A stretch of DNA of 63,188 nt, the filler included, from Globobulimina sp. (Eukaryota), in the NCBI GenBank assembly GCA_003354225.1. It is 39 parts of 39 records of this genome, joined end to end, with 100 filler letters (N's around TTAATTAATTAA, not from the genome) between each part and the next. Parts side by side here need not be neighbours in the genome. Positions count along the whole stretch, not along the records: positions 1 to 1,524 come from PIVH01015326.1; positions 1,625 to 3,147 come from PIVH01015327.1; positions 3,248 to 4,770 come from PIVH01015328.1; positions 4,871 to 6,393 come from PIVH01015329.1; positions 6,494 to 8,016 come from PIVH01015330.1; positions 8,117 to 9,639 come from PIVH01015331.1; positions 9,740 to 11,262 come from PIVH01015332.1; positions 11,363 to 12,885 come from PIVH01015333.1; 31 more parts are not named here. One strand, 5' to 3'. How positions within the stretch are numbered: the stretch's first letter is position 1; every line of letters begins with the position of its first letter. This document shows, piece by piece, positions 1-11,422 of this stretch. Made by a program: the position numbers and the translations under genes. Under the pieces are notes generated by a model that ran no database searches, had not been told where the DNA came from, and worked only from the letters and a program-made list of their open reading frames with translations.

Positions 1-1021
1 TTTTATTTTTTTTTTTAATGTTTTTATTTTTGTTATTTTTGTAATATTTTCTTTTCTTCCGTTTCCTTGTTGTCCTTCTCCGTTGCTACCAATAGAATAT
101 AATATCAATAAAATATAATAATGGAACGCATGAATGATTCTAATAATATCTGTATGGATGTAAGGAGTGCTACATTTTCTAACGTATCCACTTACTAACA
201 AGTGTGACCGTCTTTTCCTGGCAGCATTGTTCATTTTCTGTCAACGTTTTCGGTTTGTTTTTTACACAAATTCGCATAAATGTCACGTAGCTCAATATTA
301 ATTGGTTGGGCATTATTGAATATATGATTGAATGTAGACGTATGTTAATTTACATTTCAGTCCAAATATTAAAAAGCAAAAACAAAGTGATTGGATTAGG
401 TACCTTTACAACAGTAAATAAATGTATACGTAGATCTAATAGGTCAGGATGTGCAGTCAAAATTGTATATACAAAGCTTTGAACGTAACTACTCATCAAA
501 TAATCGTAATATCACACCATTCACACGAAACACAAACAATACAAAGTCACATAATAACACATGACTCAATCTTTGACAATGATGCCCAGAAAATTAGAAA
601 ACATATTAAACCGCTTCTTTTATTCATTACGCACACTTTATCATAATTGTCAACCCATTTAGCATTATCTTTTTCTGCCTGCACCACAATTTCACATTCA
701 CCATTAGTTGCCAGTATTACCTGTTTAGCAAATGATTCAGCATAATCTGTAGGAGAATAACTACCGCTAATTTATTTTCCAGCATCTGATGTACTTAACG
801 CCGTATACACGCTTAATCATTACTCATTGCTTCATTTGCTGGCGCGTAGATGTCTTTATCTCCATACCACCACTTTACTGTCTTTACACATATAATCTCG
901 GCAATATTCTCGTTTTATCTCATAGCAAATTCATCCGCAATTTCTCCCGAATATCCATATCTCGGTGGAAAACCAATCTCATTTGTTGTAACACTCGCAA
1001 CTCAAATTAAGAAAAACTAGC

Positions 1022-1524
1022 ATGTCAACTGTTGTTTTGCTTTTATCCAAAGTGGAACAATACTTCCAACAATTCAATGTTTATCAAAAAATCATAGTAT
1101 ATTCAACAACAATTACAGGCGCATTAATTTTACGTACATTGTGCCTTAAATTACACCGCAAACTATTGAATTATGCACCAGGTCCATTGGTATGCAAATG
1201 CAATTATTGCTAACTATATGTTGTAAATCAAATATATATGTAAAGGGACTTCCTTTTGTTGGCTATTTATTGTCATACAAACCAAATACTAACAAATTTT
1301 GGACTACAACTGCACCGAGTTTCGGTGATTCAAAATTGACAATGTTTTATATATTTAGTGTTCCATTTGTTATCATCAACAATCATAAACTGTACCAGCA
1401 AGCTTTCAAAGTGCAAGATTATAGAGAGCCAATATTCAAATTTCTCCATCATAACACACCATTTGTAAACCTTAATAACAATGAATGGAAACATCGGAGA
1501 CAATTAAATCTCCACTGTTTCACA
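1022..1524 (+). CDS. Cytochrome P450, N-terminal part (intron 1190-1245)
   Basis: N-terminal hydrophobic anchor. Removing GTATGC...TAAAG (with GCTAAC branch-like motif) gives the P450 proline hinge APGPL|GLPFVGYL, followed by VIIN and the C-helix WKHRR motif. Truncated by contig end. Confidence 0.85.
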
Positions 1525-1624
1525 NNNNNNNNNNNNNNNNNNNNNNNNNNNNNNNNNNNNNNNNNNNNTTAATTAATTAANNNNNNNNNNNNNNNNNNNN
1601 NNNNNNNNNNNNNNNNNNNNNNNN
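1525..1624. other. Artificial contig linker N44-TTAATTAATTAA-N44 (first of 38 copies, recurring every 1623 bp and later every 1622 bp)
   Basis: Identical 100-nt spacer with six-frame stops. Contigs between spacers are 1524, 1523 and 1522 bp in descending order, i.e. a length-sorted concatenation. Confidence 0.99.
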
Positions 1625-1849
1625 CATGAAATTGTATGAATTATGAATATAAACAAAATTACAAATATAATGGATTGGGCTATGAAAAAGCCCAATATTT
1701 ACAGATAATATCCATAATAAAATAACAACATAATAAAATCAGACAAACAGTAAAAATCAGCGCTTTGGCATCATCGAACATATACATTTTTTTTAATATT
1801 TCCATTTTTTAATAAATAATGTGATGGAATATCAATGATTTCATGCGAT

Positions 1850-2745
1850 GGTAACCGTTCATGCGATGGTAACCCTATTACGATAAAAACGTAACAAAAC
1901 ATAGAAATACTCTCATTGGTGAACAAAATATCTATACATCACGAATATCATATGATGGGTTTAAAATAAGGGATCAACGTAGCTATAGCGCAAAGGGCTT
2001 ATATAAGCAAATAGGTACTTATATAAGCATGATAAGCAAGCAAATGGGTACCTATATAGGCATGATAGGCATGCAATGTGCACGATAAGTTAACGATAAG
2101 TTGATGCTTATCGTAGAATGTGTACCTATATAAGCTACTTATTACATAAGCGTACCTATCTAATGGGGGCAGATAAGTGTGTGTGTGGATGTGCATGTCT
2201 TTTTAAATCTAATTTGCACAGACCCCATAATCCTTCAATTGTATTGGTGTGATGTCCTGTATATGGATCTATGAAAGCATTGGCATGGCTGACAGACCAG
2301 TGCTGGAAACCTAAATTATTTAAAGGATTATAGCCACCCCACGCGTCTGTGTAGATTGTAGCTCCCAGAGCGGAATGTCGATGAATCAATGGCACCAAAC
2401 TCGAATTTCCGCGATGCTCAACTTTTTGCATATAACAAAGATTGGATATTCTTTGGACACCGCCTGAGAGAGTTGGTAACAAACAATCTGATTGGTAACA
2501 AACAAAAACAGAAACGTTATCATACCCAACACCCAAACTGGTTCCCTTCTGACCCGATTACCGCGTTTATGCTTCTCTTTGCCACCAAACGCAGATTCAT
2601 CCCATTCCACTGGTATTGCATCGTTGAATTGAAAGTTAGGATAAAAATAATTTTGCATGTAATAACTGATGCATCTTCTATGCCAATCAAAAACTCTCTC
2701 GATTGATTGCTTGTTTTTGGCTAATCCACTCCTTCACAAGTTGCA
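1850..2745 (-). mobile_element. Degenerate Merlin (IS1595/ISXO2-like) DDE transposase with intron 2464-2525
   Basis: VEWDESAFG..K.KRG..VWVL|GGVQR, IYTDAWGGY and HTNTIEGLW motifs. Apparent frameshifts near 2725 and 2170-2190. GGTAACC candidate terminus inside an 18-bp tandem duplication at 1840-1874. Confidence 0.88.
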
Positions 2746-2812
2746 GGGGTCTCCGATAAGTACCAAACAGCTCTCAAAAATGCAATCAGTTCGATAAGTA
2801 TTTTCATTTTTT
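2746..2812 (+). mobile_element. Terminus of an unclassified DNA element (GGGGTCTCCGATAAGTAC...)
   Basis: Same terminus and downstream blocks (CAAACAGCT, CAATCAGTTCRATAAGT) occur at 22520-22606 with a different flank. Confidence 0.65.
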
Positions 2813-3247
2813 TTAAATTACAGAATCTTAACAACACACACAAGAATGAGTAAGATGACTTAGATAAGCAAAAAACAAATAAACATTCACAAAAAATACC
2901 ACATATATCCTTGCACTGGAATTGCGATAGAAATGCTTTATTATTTGCTTGTCTTCCATTACAATTCCAAGCGATTAAACAAATAATACATAGAAACACA
3001 TTAAAATAAATTATTCTCCATTCCAATCCATGAAATTGTATGAATTATGAATATAAACAAAATTACAAATATAATGGATTGGGCTATGAAAAAGCCCAAT
3101 ATTTACAGATAATATCCATAATAAAATAACAACATAATAAAATCAGANNNNNNNNNNNNNNNNNNNNNNNNNNNNNNNNNNNNNNNNNNNNTTAATTAAT
3201 TAANNNNNNNNNNNNNNNNNNNNNNNNNNNNNNNNNNNNNNNNNNNN

Positions 3248-4770
3248 GCCCCAAAATAGCCCTTTTGGGAGGGAAGGGGTGCAACATTAAAACAGTCCCC
3301 TATTCTGAGTAAATAATGTGAGGCATCCAACTGCCATATTTTGTTGGTCACACTAGTATACCCTATTACAATAACCAAAAAAAAAAGCTCTAAGAAAATA
3401 GTTCTGCACTATATGGTCTCGGTGAACTTATTACAGTGGTGTGATCCTTCCACCGTAGTACAGCACTGTAGTTCCTTCAAAAATCGTCATTTTCGACTTA
3501 AATATCACCCCTACCTGTGCAAATGATACAGATTCACCACAATCTGAGTATTATGGACGAATAGGGTAGGAATCATACTTCAATTTGGCCCAAAAACGAA
3601 ATGTAAAAATGATGTATTCTTGGGCACTCAAAACAAAAAGTTGTCACTATGACAAATTTGAGATAGTCAAAATCGCTGAAAAAGGTGAAAATTAGAATTC
3701 ATGAATTGACAAATTTTCAGTTTGGAGGCATTTTATTTGAGATCTTCGTGGTCAACCTATATAAATTTGGACTTATAATGAGGAATTGACCAATTATAAA
3801 TCAGATTAGATACACCAGGCTGAACGTATTACTGATTACAGTTGTCAAAATGACCAATTTGCATTGCTAGTGAAAATAGGCCCAGATTCTGGCCCTGAAT
3901 TAGTTCCCCGAGACCATATAGTGAAATCACCATTCAACAAATAATGCTCTAAAAATGCCCCTTTTTATTGAAAAATGAACATAAAACCTGTTTATTTTAA
4001 GCAAGAGGGATCTTAATATTGGTTTTAATTCAGTTTTAGTGAGGGAAAATAGTATTAGGGTACCCTAGGGGGGATAAATAAATGGATATGAACCGATTTT
4101 GGAAGTACCCGAAAAGCATGATTTTGAAATATTTGCCAATTTTGTCTAATTTAAGTTAATTTTACCAATAAAAATGATTAATATCTAAAACAAATTGGCC
4201 TGGAATGCTACTACTACATGTTATTAATGAAATCATGTTGAAAACTGCTTGTTTTTCTTGATAGTTAGGGAGTTTTAGCAAAATCCTGGGTCGAGTACCT
4301 ATCAAAATCTCTGAAATCCAGTTCTCCGAGAATACATATTTGCATAATTTTGACATTTTTTGCATTAAAATGAGTAATACGTTCATTAATTTGTAGTCAT
4401 ATGCCTAGTAGATCAGGTACTTATTGGTTTTAAATATAATTTAATAGGACCTGACCACGAAAATCTCAAGATAAGGAAGGAAAATGGAGAAAAACCTTAA
4501 TTTTTCCGAGGCCCCAAAATAGCCCTTTTGGGAGGGAAGGGGTGCAACATTAAAACAGTCCCCTATTCTGAGTAAATAATGTGAGGCATCCAACTGCCAT
4601 ATGTTGTTGGTCACACTAGTATACCCTATTACAATAACCAAAAAAAAAAAGCTCTAAGAAAATAGTGCTGCACTATATGGTCTCGGTGAACTTATTACAG
4701 TGGTGTGATCCTTCCACCGTAGTACAGCACTGTAGTTCCTTCAAAAATCGTCATTTTCGACTTAAATATC
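3248..4770. repeat. ~1263-bp tandem repeat unit (3248-3506 recurs at 4511-4770 with a few differences)
   Basis: ~260-nt duplicated block differing at single bases and an A-run, so two distinct copies. No convincing coding ORF. Confidence 0.85.
3407..3923. mobile_element. Non-autonomous TIR element with CACTATATGGTCTCGG termini (CACTA/Transib-like); a second left end starts at 4671
   Basis: CACTATATGGTCTCGGTGAACTTA at 3407 versus the reverse complement of 3900-3923, CACTATATGGTCTCGGGGAACTAA (22/24 match). No TSD visible. Confidence 0.7.
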
Positions 4771-4870
4771 NNNNNNNNNNNNNNNNNNNNNNNNNNNNNN
4801 NNNNNNNNNNNNNNTTAATTAATTAANNNNNNNNNNNNNNNNNNNNNNNNNNNNNNNNNNNNNNNNNNNN

Positions 4871-5469
4871 CATATAACGTCTCTTGTGCTCGTTGATACG
4901 GTGAATAATATGCGTATAAATCCGCATCACCAACGAGCAATTTCAAGTTTCTGCCCGCTTCCAAGGCCTCAGTGTATCCAACATCTGAATATATAATATG
5001 TACAAATATGATGTTATATACTGCTGTATTGTGTATATGTTATACGTGTCAGTTTTATGTCGTGATCAGGAATGGCGGCCAATTTATTTTGATCTATGTT
5101 CGCTTCGGATTGACCGTGCCGAATAAGAATAATTCGTTTTGGATAACATTTGATTAAAAATGATTCTCTTCGTTTAAATATTTGTCGCATAAAATATGTT
5201 AAAATTTCATCACGAAAATATATAACCCCTGATATCATTGCAAAGAATGGTACATAAATGAATAGTAATTGTTGTTTTAGTGGACTGTTGTTTATATGAT
5301 TGCTATTGGTGCTATTTGATGCAAATGGTTTTTGATAAGGGGTGCTGTTATTTCTTTGATAGGTTTGTTTAATATAACTGCTGTATCTGTTGTGATTGTG
5401 TTTGATCGAACAAGAGAGGGTTCCTTTTGTAATGTGACGGTTTGTTAGTCGACGAAAAGATGACAGCAT
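4871..5469 (-). CDS. Histidine phosphatase/phosphoglycerate mutase family protein (Det1-like), probable mitochondrial presequence; intron 4985-5045
   Basis: RIILIRHGQSEAN, DHDIKLT|HVG and YYSPYQRAQET motifs. R/S-rich N-terminus MLSSFRRL plus one TM segment. Confidence 0.88.
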
Positions 5470-5537
5470 GGTTCGATAGTAAACAAAAACTGTGAGTAAA
5501 ATAGTAAAACAACAAAAAAAACAGTTAAAAGCATAAC

Positions 5538-6393
5538 CTAATAGCAAATACTCACACAAAAAGAATGATATTTACCAAATTGAGGATGATTAAAATGTTC
5601 AATCTCCAATTTATAATTATATTTAGCGTATTTGATTGAATGTTTATTTATTAATTTATTTAATGATTTCATACTATTTTTTGGATGACAAATAACAATC
5701 CATTTCCATGAATTATTTTTATTTGATAAATACGACAATATTTGCATTAAAAATCCATCTGTTATTAATATTGATGCAATTGTTTGATAACCATTCCGCT
5801 TATTTTCTATTTTATAAATACAACGAATATGAATAGTTGTTAATATTGGAAATAATTGTTTAATTACCTTGAATTTTATACTATTCTTTTTACTTAAATA
5901 TATATCTTTAATTATTGAATATCCATACATTGGAAGACCATCATCTCCAATATAACAAATCTCTTTATTCATTGTTCCAATATCAATGGTAATAGTTTTT
6001 GTTTTGGATAATATATTTTTAAATAATATTTGTATATATTTTGGTAATGATTTATTATTATTTATCAGTTTATAGATTATCTCTTTATGTGTTGGTAATA
6101 CTTTATCTGTGGATTCTGTTCCTTTAATAAATCCAGTTTCAAATATTTTCATGGATTGTATTTCTTGATTATAATTTATATCTTCTTCAATTACCCGCAA
6201 ACCACAAATTTCTAATCGCTGAAATCCGCCAATAAAAAGCATTTCTGCTTCAGGTCCAAAATCACTCCAACTCATACAATTAAAGAAAGAGGATGCAAAA
6301 CCATCATTTTTTATGGTAATAATAATACCAATTCCAGCAAACATTCGTGCGATTTCCTCTCTTAATGTGGTTGAAGTTGGACCGTAAAATCGC
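5538..6393 (-). CDS. C-terminal part of a protein with an ADP-ribosyltransferase-like (STT...ExE) domain
   Basis: Frame is open to the contig end and reads FYGPTSTTLREEIARMFAG.GIII...SWSDFGPEAEMLF. Confidence 0.55.
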
Positions 6394-6653
6394 NNNNNNN
6401 NNNNNNNNNNNNNNNNNNNNNNNNNNNNNNNNNNNNNTTAATTAATTAANNNNNNNNNNNNNNNNNNNNNNNNNNNNNNNNNNNNNNNNNNNNGTACCGC
6501 CACCTGCACTTTACGAGAGTATAAAGACGGGATTACGTAGCAATATTTTAGTCTCGTGGACAAATCAAGGCTCTTTAATAAATATAATAGGTTAATTAAT
6601 AATTAAGTATAGTATATTGCTGTACATAATAAGATGAAACGAAACACAGTCAA

Positions 6654-8016
6654 TTAGTCATCAACATTTGCTTTGTTAAAGGATGGAACAGATTTATAAC
6701 CGATTTCTCCATCACCAGAATTGCAACACCCTCCAACGCCATCTCCTCGAGGAATTTTCTTAATAAATGCCACATTGATAAACTTTAAACAATGCCAAAA
6801 ATTTGATATAAAAAAGAATGGAGAGATGAATAACCGCATAAACCCAGATTCGACAATATGAATATGTCTACGATTATTCTTCAATCCTTCTAAATCATTA
6901 CAACTCTTTTTCTGTTTCAGAAACAAATTAATATCTTCTCTTAATATATAATCCTCATCGTTTTCAAACACATTTATATCGTCATCCAACTGATAAACAA
7001 ATGTCAATGCAAAACTATTCAATACCAAATCTCCCAAAGTTTCCGAATGAAGCAAAAAAAATAAACTTACACAGCAAATCGTAATTGGAACTAAAACATT
7101 CACAATAAAATCCCCGATGATGCAATACCAGGGCACTATGCAAATGGCGCCAATATTCTCATAAAAAGTAGTACATTTTCTGATGGTGGCATCTGTGACA
7201 AACGATAAATATATAAATATAAACACTGAACATATGAATATAATGATTTCTGTATCGTCGAAAATCGAATCTAAATCCCAGTCCATCACCACTTGGTACA
7301 CAATGGCTGTGGTTAAGCTAACTTGTAATAATATCGACAAGAAAGATAATGCTAATTTTTGTTGCGCAGCACTTGAATGAAAAATTGCTCCGCCAATGGT
7401 ATTGCAAGTCTCTTTTGCATTTGTTCCCGATGTAAAATAATAGGAACGAAATATATTAAACTCTTCCTCCTGACCATGCATCAACACATTTAAGATAAAA
7501 TATTGTCGAAACATGACCCATAACGCATCTGTAATATCTGTTAAATGTTCGTCAAACATAAAATCATATTTATTTTTATCGATATCACCATATTTAACTT
7601 CAAATGACTGACCGCTGAGTGTTACCACTCGATGCGTGTTTGCTGCCACATAGCGGGTATATTGTAAATAATAATCAGTGAAACGTTCACCCAGATTATC
7701 TGAGGGCGCGTCGACATTATTAAAATCATTTATGGACCATTTATGTTCTTTTTTTTTAATTTTGCCTGCAATCTCTGCTAAATCTTGAATGTTATCACAT
7801 ATCCAATTAATATTAGCTCTGGTTTCAAATACTTTAAATATTGAGTTATCTTTATACGACTGGTCGAATAGCATGGTTCCTGTATCTGTGTCGGGATTAA
7901 TTGGTGTTGCTGTCACACATTCACATTTTATAACAATTTTGATATGGCCAGATATTTTAGGATTCTTTTTGTTTCTTTTTTTTGGTTGTAACTTCAACTC
8001 AATTTCAATTTCATCA
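6654..8016 (-). CDS. Multi-pass membrane protein of unknown function (partial)
   Basis: 447+ aa ORF with about four TM helices and a DLVLNSFALTFVYQLDD motif. Confidence 0.7.
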
Positions 8017-8116
8017 NNNNNNNNNNNNNNNNNNNNNNNNNNNNNNNNNNNNNNNNNNNNTTAATTAATTAANNNNNNNNNNNNNNNNNNNNNNNNNNNN
8101 NNNNNNNNNNNNNNNN

Positions 8117-9639
8117 CATTATGGCAGTACGAAAACATTGAAAAAGGGGACAAATCGGCCCAAATCAAGCAGTATTTTATTCCGCAAACGCGTGGATAAT
8201 ATGGACAACACATTGACGTCGCACAAAAGTGGCACAACATTGACCAGTATGAATGTGAGGAAAACTTCGAAATGGTTCTATAAGAAAGCAAATTATGACG
8301 CTGATGACGAGAATCTGCCACATTTGAGGCGCCTGAAAACTGCCAGAGCATACAACAAAAAGTTTATTATTGATCGGATCCAAACTGTATGTGTTTCTGT
8401 CTCTGTTTCTGTACATTTTTATATTGTTTCCGTGCAGCAAACAGTCGGTCCATCGTTTTATCGCAGACGTTCTTGCGCAGCAAAGACAGCGGAATATGAG
8501 CCGCCCGAAGCTCCAGAAATAGGGCAGAGTACGCTGGAAAGTCAAGGAATGTCGTTTGGAATCAATGAGGACAGCGGCTATGAAATGATCACACAAAAGC
8601 CAGTGCATTACAACTATGAAAAAACAACCATTCGACTGCGGAAGCTGAGCAGTAACGGCACTGTGCGCTATGAAAGACACACTGTCAAAACAGCGGTATG
8701 TAACAAACTTATATGTACTGAAACATATATAAAATATTAAATTGATTTGACTTTGGATGACAGGGTTTGACATCGCGAAAACAGTTGGTTTACATCGGCG
8801 GCATCAATGATAGGAACAAATATGATGTCCGGGACAGATTGTACGATTTATTTGAAATGTGGGGAGACGACAAACCGGACATTTCTGATGCGGATGGATC
8901 ATGGAACACTGACTCTATTTATGTGCGTTTCCCATCCATTGCGCAGGCGATTGATGGAATAAATGTGTTCCATGGCATCCAACCAAATGGGTATTCGCTG
9001 ACTGCTGAATTGGTGCTGGAAGGCAGTCAAATGGTATATGTGGACGGATTGGACGGGGATTGGAACGAGGAGATATTTAAAAGCTTTGTCGATATACGCA
9101 ATAATTATAAAGTTTCTATCAAACGAATCCACGATAACAAAAGCAGTTAAGTCGCCTGTTCCAATCTGAATTAATTGTGCTGTTATTTGTCTTTTTTGAT
9201 TCTGAAAAGGTGACAAAGCGTACGCCTTTGTACAGTTTCAGAGCTTAGAAGCAGTGCAATCTGCCATTGATAGATTCGATGGCGAGACGGAAATTGACGG
9301 CAAATTAGTTCGCTGGGAACATATGGTCAAAGCCTATGTTGGTAAAATAGGCTCCGATGTCACTGTCAGTGACATACAAAAAGAGCTAAGCGAATTTGAT
9401 CCAAGTTTCAAGCATTTACCAGTGGAAATACGCAAATCTCGAGAACCAATTTATTATCGAAGCAATATGGAGCGAATGTATGATACGGATGTGACGAGTG
9501 ATGACACCGAGCGAAGGAAATTGAAACATGAATTTGAAAATATTCTGCATGCGCAGCTAAAAAAACCATTGAAAACTAGGACAAAACGGCCACATTCTCT
9601 ATCTAACAAAGGCTCCAATGATAGCAACATGAGTGGAAA
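8117..9639 (+). CDS. Multi-RRM RNA-binding protein (partial; introns 8696-8763 and 9146-9209, possible in-frame intron near 8386)
   Basis: RNP2-like LVYIGGI, MVYVDGL and AYVGKI; RNP1-like KAYAFVQF. Splicing joins the three ORFs in frame. Confidence 0.8.
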
Positions 9640-10043
9640 NNNNNNNNNNNNNNNNNNNNNNNNNNNNNNNNNNNNNNNNNNNNTTAATTAATTAANNNNN
9701 NNNNNNNNNNNNNNNNNNNNNNNNNNNNNNNNNNNNNNNATACGGGATATGTCAGTATTGTGTCTATGACGCGTGTGGAGGAAGAATAATTTATGAGAAA
9801 TGAAGAAATCCGAAATTATCCGAAATTATTTTTTTATCCCGCACTATCTCGCTTGTGGGCGGTGGTATTTGATAGGAATGCTCAACTCATATGATTGTCA
9901 GCTGTAATCTCATCCATCTGAATTATGAAATGTATTTATATTTAAATTCACCGCCAATCACCAAATAATTACCAAAAAAGAAAACTCTAAAATCTTGAGC
10001 ATCTCAAATCAAATCTGTAAAAGAAAAATCATCGAACAAAGAA

Positions 10044-10820
10044 ATGGATTATTACATCACGCGCAAAGGAAGTGTAGATTGCGATTATAAATTTTTCGCT
10101 ACGATTTTTGCGTTATTGGCATGCCATTTAACGTACCAAAGATCAAAATTCGAGTATGCAATGATATTTACATTGACCTCCACATTTTTCGGTTTGGTGG
10201 AGTACATTGTAAGAAAAGGCCAAAAGATGTCCAGCGAAGCAACCTTGTTTAACAGACCAATATCAGTTGCGTGTGCTGCATTTTGGAGAGGTTGTGGCGA
10301 GATGGGTTCAGGCACGGTCCTCTGTTACATGGCATGTGAGTATTACTTGTCGCCGCATGAGTTTGATGAAAACAGGATGGTTATGGCATTATGTGCCGTT
10401 GGTATTTATTTGTCAATTATGACCATAGTATTGCCAGCGTTCACCGTCGGTGGATCAACGGATGAAAAGGGTGAAAATGAATTGATATCAAACAGATCAA
10501 TGACGTCTTTCCCTGTTTTATTTTTTATGGCTGTGATGGGAATGATCGGTGTTGGATGTTACATTTTGGTTTCTGAACAGTGCAAAGAAAAATTGCTGTA
10601 TTTTTTGGTATTTCAATCAGTGTTCTGGTTTCAAGGGAATTTGTGTGGTTATTTCATCTCCAAAACAAGGTACATTGCAACTGATGAAAAGGGTACTGAA
10701 TGCCAAAGCATTATTGCTCATTTGCTCGCATTCGTTTATGACAGTACTGTGGAAATGGGGATTATAGCAGTTCCGTTTGTTGCCGTGGGATTGACGTTGC
10801 AAGAAAAAATGTTGAATTGA
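10044..10820 (+). CDS. Intronless multi-pass membrane protein of unknown function
   Basis: Complete 258-aa ORF with about six or seven hydrophobic segments. Confidence 0.75.
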   Translation: MDYYITRKGSVDCDYKFFATIFALLACHLTYQRSKFEYAMIFTLTSTFFGLVEYIVRKGQKMSSEATLFNRPISVACAAFWRGCGEMGSGTVLCYMACEYYLSPHEFDENRMVMALCAVGIYLSIMTIVLPAFTVGGSTDEKGENELISNRSMTSFPVLFFMAVMGMIGVGCYILVSEQCKEKLLYFLVFQSVFWFQGNLCGYFISKTRYIATDEKGTECQSIIAHLLAFVYDSTVEMGIIAVPFVAVGLTLQEKMLN

Positions 10821-11023
10821 TTTTTGAAAGTTATTATTAGAATATTTATCTCGAATAAATAAATAAATAAATACAATTTTGAAAACTTTAATCAACTCAA
10901 CATCTTTTTCTTTTCATCATGAGTCTTGGCATGCTCCAAGAAGGAATAGGTTTACTTGTTTATAATAATTCATACACACATTCATTGTACACACACATTG
11001 CGACTTATTAACGTGGTCCTTTA

Positions 11024-11262
11024 CAATGCGACATTCATATAATTGAGCTTTCAAAATTATAAAAAATATTTTTATTCACATTTTTGGTGATGGAAATGAT
11101 GATCAAATGTATATCAAAATGGTGATTTTTCATCACATAACATCATAGAACATGATTATAATCGAAACTTAATATCCAAACTTAATATCAAGCTTTGTCA
11201 ATATCAAGCATTGTCAAATAATTTTTATAATTTTGAAAGCTCAATTATATGAATGTCGCATT
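11024..11262. mobile_element. MITE with 41-bp perfect terminal inverted repeats, Tc1/mariner-type end (TA|CAATGCG...)
   Basis: 11025-11065 AATGCGACATTCATATAATTGAGCTTTCAAAATTATAAAAA is the exact reverse complement of 11222-11262. Preceded by TA-C; right end clipped by the contig end. Confidence 0.85.
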
Positions 11263-11422
11263 NNNNNNNNNNNNNNNNNNNNNNNNNNNNNNNNNNNNNN
11301 NNNNNNTTAATTAATTAANNNNNNNNNNNNNNNNNNNNNNNNNNNNNNNNNNNNNNNNNNNNTCAAATTTTGTAAGCTATTAATAACTTCATATCTTTCG
11401 GAATATATCGTTGAGTTCTATA

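Larger units (their letters stand above)
1625..3147. repeat. Exact 119-bp terminal direct repeat (1625-1743 = 3029-3147); 1404-bp loop unit
   Basis: First and last 119 nt of the contig are identical. Confidence 0.95.

Noticed and set aside
560..1000. Coding-like sequence on the minus strand upstream of the P450
   Set aside because: Multiple stops and no recognisable family; cannot be supported.
2721..3026. 101-aa ORF as the Merlin N-terminus
   Set aside because: Its last part overlaps the element terminus shared with 22520, where the frame is not conserved.
3196..4641. Duplicated short ORFs MVIVIGYTSVTN...
   Set aside because: By-product of the tandem repeat; no protein motif.
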